Positions 9,181-16,637 of a DNA stretch of 64,000 nt are shown here, one piece after another. The translations under genes were made by a program, and so were the position numbers. Position 1 is the first letter of the stretch; each line of letters starts with the position of its first letter. A model generated the notes under the pieces. That model saw only the letters and a list, made by a program, of their open reading frames with translations. It was not told where the DNA came from and searched no databases. This stretch comes from a virus, in the IMG/VR virus record IMGVR_UViG_3300032315_000748; one strand, given 5' to 3'.

Positions 9181-9599
9181 TGTCATTAAAGGATCCTTAC
9201 ATTTACAGAATTAAACAAATTTTAAAAGTAGTTGATGGTGATACGATTGACGCATCAATAGATTTAGGGTTTGATATTAGTTTAGAAAAAAGAATACGTC
9301 TTGCTGCTGTTGATACTCCAGAGAGTCGCACAGCAGACGCAAACGAAAAGAAATATGGTCTTGAATCAAAAGAATGGTTGAAGCATAAAGTAGAAAATGC
9401 TAAGAACATTTTAATCAAAACCGAACTCCCCGATAGCACTGAGAAGTATGGTAGAATCATTGGTCATTTATTCATTAACGACCAAGAGACATCACTGAAC
9501 GATCAAATGGTTGTTGAGGGATATGCCTGGCCGTACAAGGGAGACACAAAGAAGAAAAACTTTGCTGAGTTAGATGCCAAACGTACCAGAAATTCCTGA
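9180..9599 (+). CDS. Thermonuclease (SNase-like) nuclease
   Basis: KVVDGDTI, RIRLAAVDTPE, EKYGRIIG, GYAW. Confidence 0.9.
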   Translation: MSLKDPYIYRIKQILKVVDGDTIDASIDLGFDISLEKRIRLAAVDTPESRTADANEKKYGLESKEWLKHKVENAKNILIKTELPDSTEKYGRIIGHLFINDQETSLNDQMVVEGYAWPYKGDTKKKNFAELDAKRTRNS

Positions 9600-10308
9600 T
9601 ATAAAAACAAATAATATAGAAATACCAAAGGTGGAGGTTCCAGTTATTCGTAATCTGGAACCTCCACCTATTCTTGTACCAATCAATAGGAAATTACCAA
9701 TACCCGTTGTTGATGTTCCTATGGATGGTATTCCAAGTTATGAACCGATTGATGCTCCTACAACTGAACAGTTTAGGAAAATGATAAATGCTCAACAGGA
9801 ACCAAAGAAAGAAGAACAAGTACAAGACAAACCCAGAGCACTTCCAGATCTTAAGGGGATTACTGAAGCATTAAAACAAGTACCTCAAGTACCTCAAGCA
9901 TCTCAACCACAAGAACAAGTTGCTCCACCAGTACCAAAAATAGATGCTCCAACTATTACTGTCCCGTATATTGGGGCAATTCCAGTTCCATCCACCGAAA
10001 CTGTTGTATTATCTGGCACCACTGCTACTGCTAGTGTCGCTGCGGCTCTTATTGGTAAATCTATGGTGGAATGGTTGGTAGGAAAAATGAAACCTATTAT
10101 TAATCAGATCTTTATTAGGGGGAAACAATTGTTGAACCGAGATCTGACGCCTTACGAGACTCAGTTACTTTTTGCTTTGGAACTGGATAAGAAGACTTTG
10201 AAACTCTTGAAGAAGGAACAAAAGGCTGAGAAATTACGCCAGAAGCAGGTTTTTGTTGAATCACAACAACATCCGCACATATCTTTGCGTAAGGAGAAGA
10301 AGGATTAA
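9574..10308 (+). CDS. Pro-rich protein with C-terminal membrane segment
   Basis: Long Pro/Gln-rich N-terminal region, hydrophobic TTATASVAAALIG segment, basic tail. Confidence 0.6.
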   Translation: MPNVPEIPDIKTNNIEIPKVEVPVIRNLEPPPILVPINRKLPIPVVDVPMDGIPSYEPIDAPTTEQFRKMINAQQEPKKEEQVQDKPRALPDLKGITEALKQVPQVPQASQPQEQVAPPVPKIDAPTITVPYIGAIPVPSTETVVLSGTTATASVAAALIGKSMVEWLVGKMKPIINQIFIRGKQLLNRDLTPYETQLLFALELDKKTLKLLKKEQKAEKLRQKQVFVESQQHPHISLRKEKKD

Positions 10309-10819
10309 AGAAAATCCCACCTTTCATTGCTTCACCACATTTGAGTAATCTTACAAGTTCAAAATCTAATCGTGCTTTATCAGTTTCTGCTCTTTGTCTA
10401 GCAGTCCAAGTATCAGCAGCAGTCTTACATCTTTCTTGTAATCCACCATCTAATGGAAATGAAAGAGTTGCTGATAGTCCAAAGTTATTTGCAAAACTAT
10501 CTTTCTGACCCGTTCTTTCTAATCCATTAATACCTGTTGTCATATCATTATCAATATTTGCATATTCTTCAAAAGGTCTTGAACCACTTTTAGATGTGGT
10601 CATAAAGGGAGTAAGATTAAAGGTTGGACCCTGACAACTTACTCCACCACCGTATGAGTTGGTCACGTATGGACCCTGTAGCACCTGTACTGCCTGGTTT
10701 GTTACACTTCCTGTTGATGTTGCCTGTGGATTTGCAATCGCAGTTACAGGGGTATCCCCCTCTGCATACGCAGGGAGAACAAAGACACTTAGGGCAAGGA
10801 TTACTTTGAGACATTTCAT
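10115..10819 (-). CDS. Secreted protein with TolC-like beta-hairpin/helix signature
   Basis: Sec signal (AYA/E); PTFNLTPF...NNFGLSATLSFPLDGG then long helix; 4 Cys in mature part. Confidence 0.6.
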   Translation of the reverse strand: MKCLKVILALSVFVLPAYAEGDTPVTAIANPQATSTGSVTNQAVQVLQGPYVTNSYGGGVSCQGPTFNLTPFMTTSKSGSRPFEEYANIDNDMTTGINGLERTGQKDSFANNFGLSATLSFPLDGGLQERCKTAADTWTARQRAETDKARLDFELVRLLKCGEAMKGGIFFNPSSPYAKICADVVVIQQKPASGVISQPFVPSSRVSKSSYPVPKQKVTESRKASDLGSTIVSP

Positions 10820-10820
10820 C

Positions 10821-11180
10821 TTACTGGGTGAATACTGACATTGAATCCGTAACAGATTGAATTGTCGTGGTTCTTTCTACTGTTGTATCTTTAATCAATC
10901 CAGGACCCATATAAGTTTCTGAAAACTGAAATGGTTGTCCTTGATTCACAATACTATACTTTGTTCCAAGAGTTGGAGTTCCTGGAATATTAATATTTGT
11001 TCCCGTAACTGTATAACTAAATCCAGTTTGGAAATCTTGTTGTCTAATTATTTCATTTACTGTTGTGGTGGATTCAGTATGAGAAGTTACAGTACCACTA
11101 GTAAAGTTTGGTGTGACTGGCGCTGCTAGGGATGGTAGGGAAAACCCTAGCAGACAAATGCCTGCTAGGATATATTTCAT
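10821..11180 (-). CDS. Secreted Thr/Ser-rich beta protein (paralog of 11177-11671)
   Basis: Signal peptide (SLA/A); SYTVTGTNI, GQPFQFSET, C-terminal SMSVFTQ. Confidence 0.65.
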   Translation of the reverse strand: MKYILAGICLLGFSLPSLAAPVTPNFTSGTVTSHTESTTTVNEIIRQQDFQTGFSYTVTGTNINIPGTPTLGTKYSIVNQGQPFQFSETYMGPGLIKDTTVERTTTIQSVTDSMSVFTQ

Positions 11181-11671
11181 TTGAATACACTCAGTTCTGA
11201 ACTGCGTTGACCGATTGCAGTGGTTCCAGCACCACCACCAGTAACTGTAAGAGCACCAGTAGAGGTATCAATCGTACCTGCAAGAGTACCTTTCTCACCT
11301 GCTAGTTGTGTGGTGTTCTTACCATACAGAGTTGGTGATGCAATTGCACCATTAGAAACTGTCTGTGATGTAACAGTACTGTCTCCAACAGTTAGTGACT
11401 CTGTAAATGAGAATGCCTGACCATCATTGTTAATAGCATAAGTGCCAGCACTCATTGTTGCTGCTGCACTTGATGTGCCACCAGTCAATCCACCAAGTGC
11501 CGAGACACCGATGTTAGTTCCACCAACTGCGTAGGAACTACCAATTCTTTCTGTTTGTACCGCTGCACCCTGTACTGTTAATTGAACGGAATCAGTGATT
11601 CTTGATGTAATTTCACCTGCAAAAACAGGAGTAGTTAAGAATAACGAAAAGAGTAGTGTTAGTCTTTTCAT
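11177..11671 (-). CDS. Secreted Gly/Thr/Ser-rich beta protein
   Basis: Signal peptide (VFA/G); SYAVGGTNI, GQAFSFTES, C-terminal ELSVFK. Confidence 0.65.
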   Translation of the reverse strand: MKRLTLLFSLFLTTPVFAGEITSRITDSVQLTVQGAAVQTERIGSSYAVGGTNIGVSALGGLTGGTSSAAATMSAGTYAINNDGQAFSFTESLTVGDSTVTSQTVSNGAIASPTLYGKNTTQLAGEKGTLAGTIDTSTGALTVTGGGAGTTAIGQRSSELSVFK

Positions 11672-11727
11672 TGTTCTGTTAAATTGGATACTATTATTTA
11701 TTAATAGAATTTTTCAAATTGAACCAC

Positions 11728-11756
11728 TTGACAAATCATAAATAATCACTTATTAT
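11728..11756 (+). promoter_or_regulatory. Sigma70-like promoter for rlpA
   Basis: TTGACA-17-TATTAT. Confidence 0.7.
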
Positions 11757-11761
11757 GAGGA

Positions 11762-11876
11762 AACCCAAACACATTGGGTCATATCATGAGATTTTGATGT
11801 GAAACTTAGAGCCGTGGGCAATGCCTCCCGAGAGGGTTGGAACTTCTCCTTTGCCTATACGGATGTCGAATTCTAT
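11762..11876 (+). ncRNA. Putative structured 5' leader RNA of rlpA
   Basis: Three successive stems, including CCGUGGGCAA/UUGCCUAUACGG enclosing a CCC-GAGA-GGG GNRA hairpin. Confidence 0.5.
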
Positions 11877-11883
11877 TAAACTA

Positions 11884-12255
11884 ATGCTTTTCAAAAAAAC
11901 AATTCAAACCCTTTCGGTCATTGCTCTGAGTCTTGGTGCTCTTGCTCCAAGTCCTGCTCAAGCATTGACCTGTTCTTATGCCTCACATTATGGAATTGGT
12001 GATGGTTACGATGGTCAAAGAACTGCTAATGGTGAACGGTTTAATGCCTATGGTAACTCAGCCGCACATCGTGATCTTCCATTTGGCACTAGATTGAGAG
12101 TAACTAATGAATCAAATGGAAAATCTGTTGTTATACGGATCAATGATCGCGGTCCATATGTAAGTGGTAGGAGTCTTGATCTTTCTTATGGTGCTTTCTC
12201 AACGATTGCATCACCAAGTAGGGGAGAGATTAGGGTTTGTTATTCTAGACTGTAA
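11884..12255 (+). CDS. rlpA: RlpA-like lytic transglycosylase (DPBB) with signal peptide
   Basis: ASHYG, TANGERF, AAHRDLPFGT, INDRGP, LDLS. Confidence 0.92.
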   Translation: MLFKKTIQTLSVIALSLGALAPSPAQALTCSYASHYGIGDGYDGQRTANGERFNAYGNSAAHRDLPFGTRLRVTNESNGKSVVIRINDRGPYVSGRSLDLSYGAFSTIASPSRGEIRVCYSRL

Positions 12256-12289
12256 TTGATAAATAGGGGAGAGTTCATCCTCTTCCTTT

Positions 12290-12718
12290 ATGTTTAATTT
12301 TAATTTTGGAAATAAAAAACCAGATATTAAACAATATGCAATCATAGGAATTATCTTAAGTTCTGTGATTGCAACTCTTACACAATGTACTGGAATAAAA
12401 GAAACATCTTTATGGGATGTATTTGATGAAGTTCAACGTAAGTTCTTTCCTCAGACGATGTTGAATGATTTCATCATCAAAGATCCCGAAAAATTGGATC
12501 GTAGGGTGAAGAGAGATGTTGATTTGGCAATTGCTGAGTATGAAAGATTGACAGGAGATGATGGAAAGATTAGGATGCCTAAACCACGATATTCAGAGAA
12601 ACCACCAGACGGGTCTTATGCCCAATCAGTTTTGGGTGGTGAAATGAGATTGTGTGCTCCTTGGGTAAACGATTGCCCCTTGACAGACCAGAATAATGCG
12701 GATGTAACTCAGCGGTAG
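12290..12718 (+). CDS. Hypothetical membrane-anchored protein
   Basis: N-terminal TM segment; 3' end runs into tRNA-Gly. Confidence 0.55.
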   Translation: MFNFNFGNKKPDIKQYAIIGIILSSVIATLTQCTGIKETSLWDVFDEVQRKFFPQTMLNDFIIKDPEKLDRRVKRDVDLAIAEYERLTGDDGKIRMPKPRYSEKPPDGSYAQSVLGGEMRLCAPWVNDCPLTDQNNADVTQR

Positions 12719-12769
12719 AGTTCCTGCTTGCCAAGTAGATTGTCGTCGGTTCGAATCCGATCATCCGCT
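12698..12769 (+). tRNA. tRNA-Gly(GCC)
   Basis: GCGGATG/CATCCGC acceptor, anticodon loop TTGCCAA, GGTTCGAATCC T arm, U73. Confidence 0.92.
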
Positions 12770-12826
12770 TTCCCAGAAACACTGGGATATAAATAAACTT
12801 CGTAGTTATAAAACTTAACAAACTTT

Positions 12827-14320
12827 ATGAAATTTTTCAATCAACTGATGCTTGCACCTGTTGCACTTGGAATGATTGCTCCTACTGTTGCGAATGCTGC
12901 AGACCTTAATATTGCTGGAGTCAATCAATACAGTTCCTCAGAGCAGGTCACAAGTATCAGTCAATTCTCCGATGTTCAACCTACGGATTGGGCATATGGA
13001 GCACTGAGCAATCTTGTGGAACGTTATGGTTGCGTTGCTGGTTATCCTAATGGCACCTTTGGTGGTGGTAAGGCACTGACCCGTTTTGAAGCAGCAGCAC
13101 TTCTTAACTCCTGCTTGGATCGTGTTACTGAAGTCACCGATGAACTTCGTCGTCTGATGGCAGAATTCAAATCCGAACTTGCTGTTCTCAAAGGTCGTGT
13201 AAGTGGTCTTGAAGCAAAAGTGGGCAAACTTGAGGCAACTCAGTTCTCTACCACAACCAAACTGAAAGGTGAAGCATCCTTCATTCTTGGTGGAGTTCCT
13301 GGTTATACTACGAATACTGGCACTGTTGCTGGTAGCACTGCGTTTAACTATGACCTTCGTCTGAACCTGGATACTTCATTCACTGGTAAGGATTTGCTTC
13401 GCACCCGTCTGCGTTCTGGTAACTTCTCCAGTCAACCTTTCGGTTCTTCTTCGTCACTGTTCAAACTTGACAAGGCAGAATCTTCACAAGGTACTGGTAC
13501 TTCCAGCAATGTTTGGTTGGACCGTCTTTACTATCAGTTCCCTGTCAGCAAGAGTGTAACTTTGACTGCTGGTCCTCTGGTTCGTAACACTGAGATGGCA
13601 TGGGTTCCTTCTGTTTATAAGTCGGATGTTCTTGACTTCTTTCAACTTGGTGGTGCTTCTGGTGTCTATAACAAGGCAACTGGTGCTGGTTTCGGTGCTC
13701 AATATCGTCAACCAGGAACACAAGGTTTTGTTGCTTCTGTGAACTATGTTGCAGAAGATGGTAGCAATACTTCTACTGGTGAGTTTGATGCAACTGGTAA
13801 ACTGAACACTCTGGTACAGATTGGTTACCGTGCTCCTCAATGGGGTCTTGGTTTCGGTTATCGTTATGGTACTGAGGGAACTCGTGTTCGTAACTTTAAT
13901 GCTCTTGGTGGTGGTTCTGGTGCTCTTGCATACGGTCAAGTCTCCAACAGTTACGCATTCAATGGTTACTGGCAACCCAAGAAGAGTGGTATTGTTCCTT
14001 CCGTCAGTGCTGGATATGGTTCTAACACCATTAACGGTAATGCTACTGTACGAGGTGCTACCAACTCTAACTCTTGGTTCGCAGGTCTTCAATGGTCTGA
14101 TGTGTTCGGTAAAGGCAATGCTGCTGGTGTTGCATACGGACAACCTGGAAACGCACAAGGTCTGACTGCAACTGCTTCTATGTTTGAGGCATTCTACAAG
14201 TACCGTGTAAGTGATAATATCAGTATCACTCCTGCCGTGTTCTATGTTTCCAATAATCAGGCAACTCGGAATACTGCTTCCAATTGGGGTGGTGTAATTC
14301 AGACAACTTTCCGTTTCTGA
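12827..14320 (+). CDS. Cyanobacterial SLH-domain porin (SomA/OprB-like)
   Basis: Signal peptide, FSDVQPTDWAY SLH, TRFEAAALL, coiled coil, FSTTTKLKGE, beta-barrel ending TTFRF. Confidence 0.93.
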   Translation: MKFFNQLMLAPVALGMIAPTVANAADLNIAGVNQYSSSEQVTSISQFSDVQPTDWAYGALSNLVERYGCVAGYPNGTFGGGKALTRFEAAALLNSCLDRVTEVTDELRRLMAEFKSELAVLKGRVSGLEAKVGKLEATQFSTTTKLKGEASFILGGVPGYTTNTGTVAGSTAFNYDLRLNLDTSFTGKDLLRTRLRSGNFSSQPFGSSSSLFKLDKAESSQGTGTSSNVWLDRLYYQFPVSKSVTLTAGPLVRNTEMAWVPSVYKSDVLDFFQLGGASGVYNKATGAGFGAQYRQPGTQGFVASVNYVAEDGSNTSTGEFDATGKLNTLVQIGYRAPQWGLGFGYRYGTEGTRVRNFNALGGGSGALAYGQVSNSYAFNGYWQPKKSGIVPSVSAGYGSNTINGNATVRGATNSNSWFAGLQWSDVFGKGNAAGVAYGQPGNAQGLTATASMFEAFYKYRVSDNISITPAVFYVSNNQATRNTASNWGGVIQTTFRF

Positions 14321-14366
14321 TAGACTACTCATAAACTGATAAACTTTGCCTCTTCGGAGGCATTAC

Positions 14367-14438
14367 TGCGGAGTGGGCAAGTGGTATGCCATCAGACTCA
14401 TAATCTGAAGATCGTAGGTTCAATTCCTACCTCCGCCA
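14367..14438 (+). tRNA. tRNA-Met(CAT), initiator-like 1:72 mismatch
   Basis: TGCGGAG/CTCCGCC-A; anticodon arm TCAGA-CTCATAA-TCTGA; GGTTCAATTCC. Confidence 0.88.
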
Positions 14439-14462
14439 TATAAATAAAAAGAAAAGTCTATA

Positions 14463-14897
14463 ATGGAAACTTTATTTAAATCTTTGAGTGATGCTCAGGC
14501 ATCACTTTTTGTTTTATTTCAAAAGACGTGGATTTATCACTGGAATGTTGTTGGGCCAGACTTTCAACAACTTCATACACTCTTTGGTGAACAATATAAT
14601 GAAATGTTTGAAGAGATTGATACTCTCACAGAACATATGAGGTATTTGGGAATGAAACCAGTCAGCACTCTCACAAGAGTAGTTGAAGTATCTCAAATTT
14701 CAGAAGCAGATAGTTCAATTGGTGCTATGGAAATGGTTTCCCAACTACGTGATGATAATAAGAAACTCATTGAAATGCTTACTGTAATATCAGAAGAAGC
14801 AGATGACCAAAAGCAATACGCAACATCAAATTTAGTTCAAAGTTTATGTGAAACTCACGGTAAATTTGTTTGGATGCTAAGAAGTATTTTAGAATAA
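14463..14897 (+). CDS. dps: Dps / mini-ferritin
   Basis: HWNVVGPDFQQLHTLFGEQY, IDTLTEH, HGKFVWML. Confidence 0.9.
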   Translation: METLFKSLSDAQASLFVLFQKTWIYHWNVVGPDFQQLHTLFGEQYNEMFEEIDTLTEHMRYLGMKPVSTLTRVVEVSQISEADSSIGAMEMVSQLRDDNKKLIEMLTVISEEADDQKQYATSNLVQSLCETHGKFVWMLRSILE

Positions 14898-14928
14898 AGA
14901 CTTGAATTTTTTGAATAGGTATGGTAAG

Positions 14929-15183
14929 ATGTTAAAGGTTAGATGTAAAAATTGTAATGCTGTGTTGGAGTCTCATCCGACACAGACCAGATGTTGTGGT
15001 TGTGATAATTTCACAACTTTAAGAGGAGAGAATATCTCTGGGTTAGATTTAACACGAATAGAATTAATTTCAAATTTTCGTGGTGAATCTAATTCAACAA
15101 CACTTCTTACACAAGAAGATATTGCTTATCACGAAGCAAGACGAAACCGCAAAATTAGAAAAATGGAGTTTGAAATTAGATGA
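14929..15183 (+). CDS. Small Cys-rich hypothetical protein
   Basis: CKNC...CCGC possible Zn site. Confidence 0.6.
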   Translation: MLKVRCKNCNAVLESHPTQTRCCGCDNFTTLRGENISGLDLTRIELISNFRGESNSTTLLTQEDIAYHEARRNRKIRKMEFEIR

Positions 15184-15338
15184 GTTGGGAATCCCCAAAA
15201 CTTTCAAAAAGAGATATTGAACTACTTACAGTCACTCTTGATGATTATATTTTTTATGCCAAAAACGATGGTGGCCCTGATACGGGAGAAGTTGAAAGAT
15301 TTCTTCATAGATTAGAAGATCATTTAAATAAGTTTTGA
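15180..15338 (+). CDS. Small hypothetical protein
   Basis: 52-aa ORF with ATGA coupling. Confidence 0.5.
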   Translation: MSWESPKLSKRDIELLTVTLDDYIFYAKNDGGPDTGEVERFLHRLEDHLNKF

Positions 15339-15399
15339 TTTCAACATAGTTATAGATTTTAACATTTATAACTATTAGTATCCTCTTGATACAAAATAA

Positions 15400-15549
15400 A
15401 TGGATCAACACACCTATGATAATTGGATTAAGATCAAAGAAACTTTTGAAAAATCCGGCAATACTAATAATATGTTTTATAGACGTGCTTGTGAAATTAT
15501 AAAATCAAAAAAAGACCCATTAGCAAAATATCTTGGTGATGAAAAATGA
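15400..15549 (+). CDS. Small hypothetical protein
   Basis: MDQHTYDNWIKIKETFEKSG... 49 aa. Confidence 0.55.
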   Translation: MDQHTYDNWIKIKETFEKSGNTNNMFYRRACEIIKSKKDPLAKYLGDEK

Positions 15550-15689
15550 ATCGTGATGAAATTGAAAAATTGATTGACGAAAAAATTCAACAGCACGAAT
15601 TTAGAATTGGTGCCATTAGTGGAATTTTGGGGTCTTTATTTGTATTTGGAATTATTCACGCAATTTGGTTAATTAAAGAAAGCATATAA
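15546..15689 (+). CDS. Small single-TM protein
   Basis: 47 aa, hydrophobic C-terminal half, ATGA coupling. Confidence 0.55.
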   Translation: MNRDEIEKLIDEKIQQHEFRIGAISGILGSLFVFGIIHAIWLIKESI

Positions 15690-15749
15690 ATTCTCTTGAC
15701 AGGTTAACAGATTTATGGTATAATTAATTCACACAACTTAAATGTGATT

Positions 15750-15950
15750 ATGGAAACTTTTACAATTGAAGAATTTCAAAAAGATTTTGATAATCTTTTA
15801 GGAAGAGTTGAGACTGGTGAATCTTTTATGATTACTAGTGAAGGGAAGGAAGTTATTATAATGCCTGCTGAAGATTATAATTACATAGTTTATGGTGATG
15901 ATATGGACGACCTTATCCGAATACACACGGATCACGAAGAAGGTAGTTGA
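15750..15950 (+). CDS. Phd/YefM antitoxin-like protein
   Basis: TIEEFQKDFDNLLGRVETGESFMITSEGKEVIIMP fits the Phd fold pattern; own TTGACA-TATAAT promoter (~15696-15724). Confidence 0.55.
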   Translation: METFTIEEFQKDFDNLLGRVETGESFMITSEGKEVIIMPAEDYNYIVYGDDMDDLIRIHTDHEEGS

Positions 15951-15984
15951 CAAAAAATCCTAGTTTCCATATACTAGGTCTTAT

Positions 15985-16072
15985 GGTCGTCAGAACAGGT
16001 GTTCAGAGGAGTCTTATAAACTCTTTGCCCCAGATTAGGGCCTTTGGCAGGGATCGTTACCCTGGGCGACTA
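15985..16072 (+). tRNA. Atypical tRNA, anticodon TAT (Ile), long variable arm
   Basis: GGTCGTC/GGCGACT-A acceptor; GGAGT-CTTATAA-ACTCT anticodon arm; CAGGG-ATCGTTA-CCCTG T arm; promoter TTGACA...TATACT just upstream. Confidence 0.7.
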
Positions 16073-16134
16073 TTACTAAATACAACGAGAGAGTTTATTA
16101 CTCTCTTTTTTAATATAATATTGTAAAATTTTTT

Positions 16135-16635
16135 ATGAAAATTGGTTTTAATTGTAGTTCATTTGATTTGTTTCACGCTGGGCACGTTACTATGCTCAAA
16201 ATGGAAAAAGAATTATGCGACTATTTAAAAGTTGCACTTCAAGTTGATCCAACCGTAGATCGTCCTGGCATTAAAAATAAACCAGTACAATCTGCTTACG
16301 AACGTTATGTTCAACTTCAAGGATGCAAGTATGTTGATGAAATCCTTGTTTATGAAACAGAAGAAGATCTTCTTAATTTAATTCAATCTCAAACAATTCA
16401 TATAAGATTTTTGAGTGAAGAATATAAAGATAGAGATTTTACTGCAAAGCAATACTGTATTGATAATGGAATAGAATTGTTTTTTCATTTGAGGAGACAT
16501 AAGTATTCTTCAACTGAAATTAGAAATAGAGTTCATTATCTTGAAGAACAAAAAAGAATAAAAAAATCAGAAGAAAATGTAATAGAACAATATTCCCCAG
16601 AAATTTTAGAAAAATATTCTATTAAAGATAATTAA
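16135..16635 (+). CDS. Cytidylyltransferase (TagD-like)
   Basis: FDLFHAGH, CKYVDEI, RHKYSSTEIR. Confidence 0.88.
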   Translation: MKIGFNCSSFDLFHAGHVTMLKMEKELCDYLKVALQVDPTVDRPGIKNKPVQSAYERYVQLQGCKYVDEILVYETEEDLLNLIQSQTIHIRFLSEEYKDRDFTAKQYCIDNGIELFFHLRRHKYSSTEIRNRVHYLEEQKRIKKSEENVIEQYSPEILEKYSIKDN

Positions 16636-16637
16636 CT

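Noticed and set aside
12800-12826. Possible RpaB (HLR1) or Pho box upstream of porin (GTTATAAA-AC-TTAACAAA)
   Set aside because: Too degenerate in AT-rich DNA to support
13484-14332. 282-aa antisense ORF within the porin gene
   Set aside because: Shadow of biased codon usage on the sense strand; no motifs. The same applies to the other short antisense/overlapping ORFs in the track
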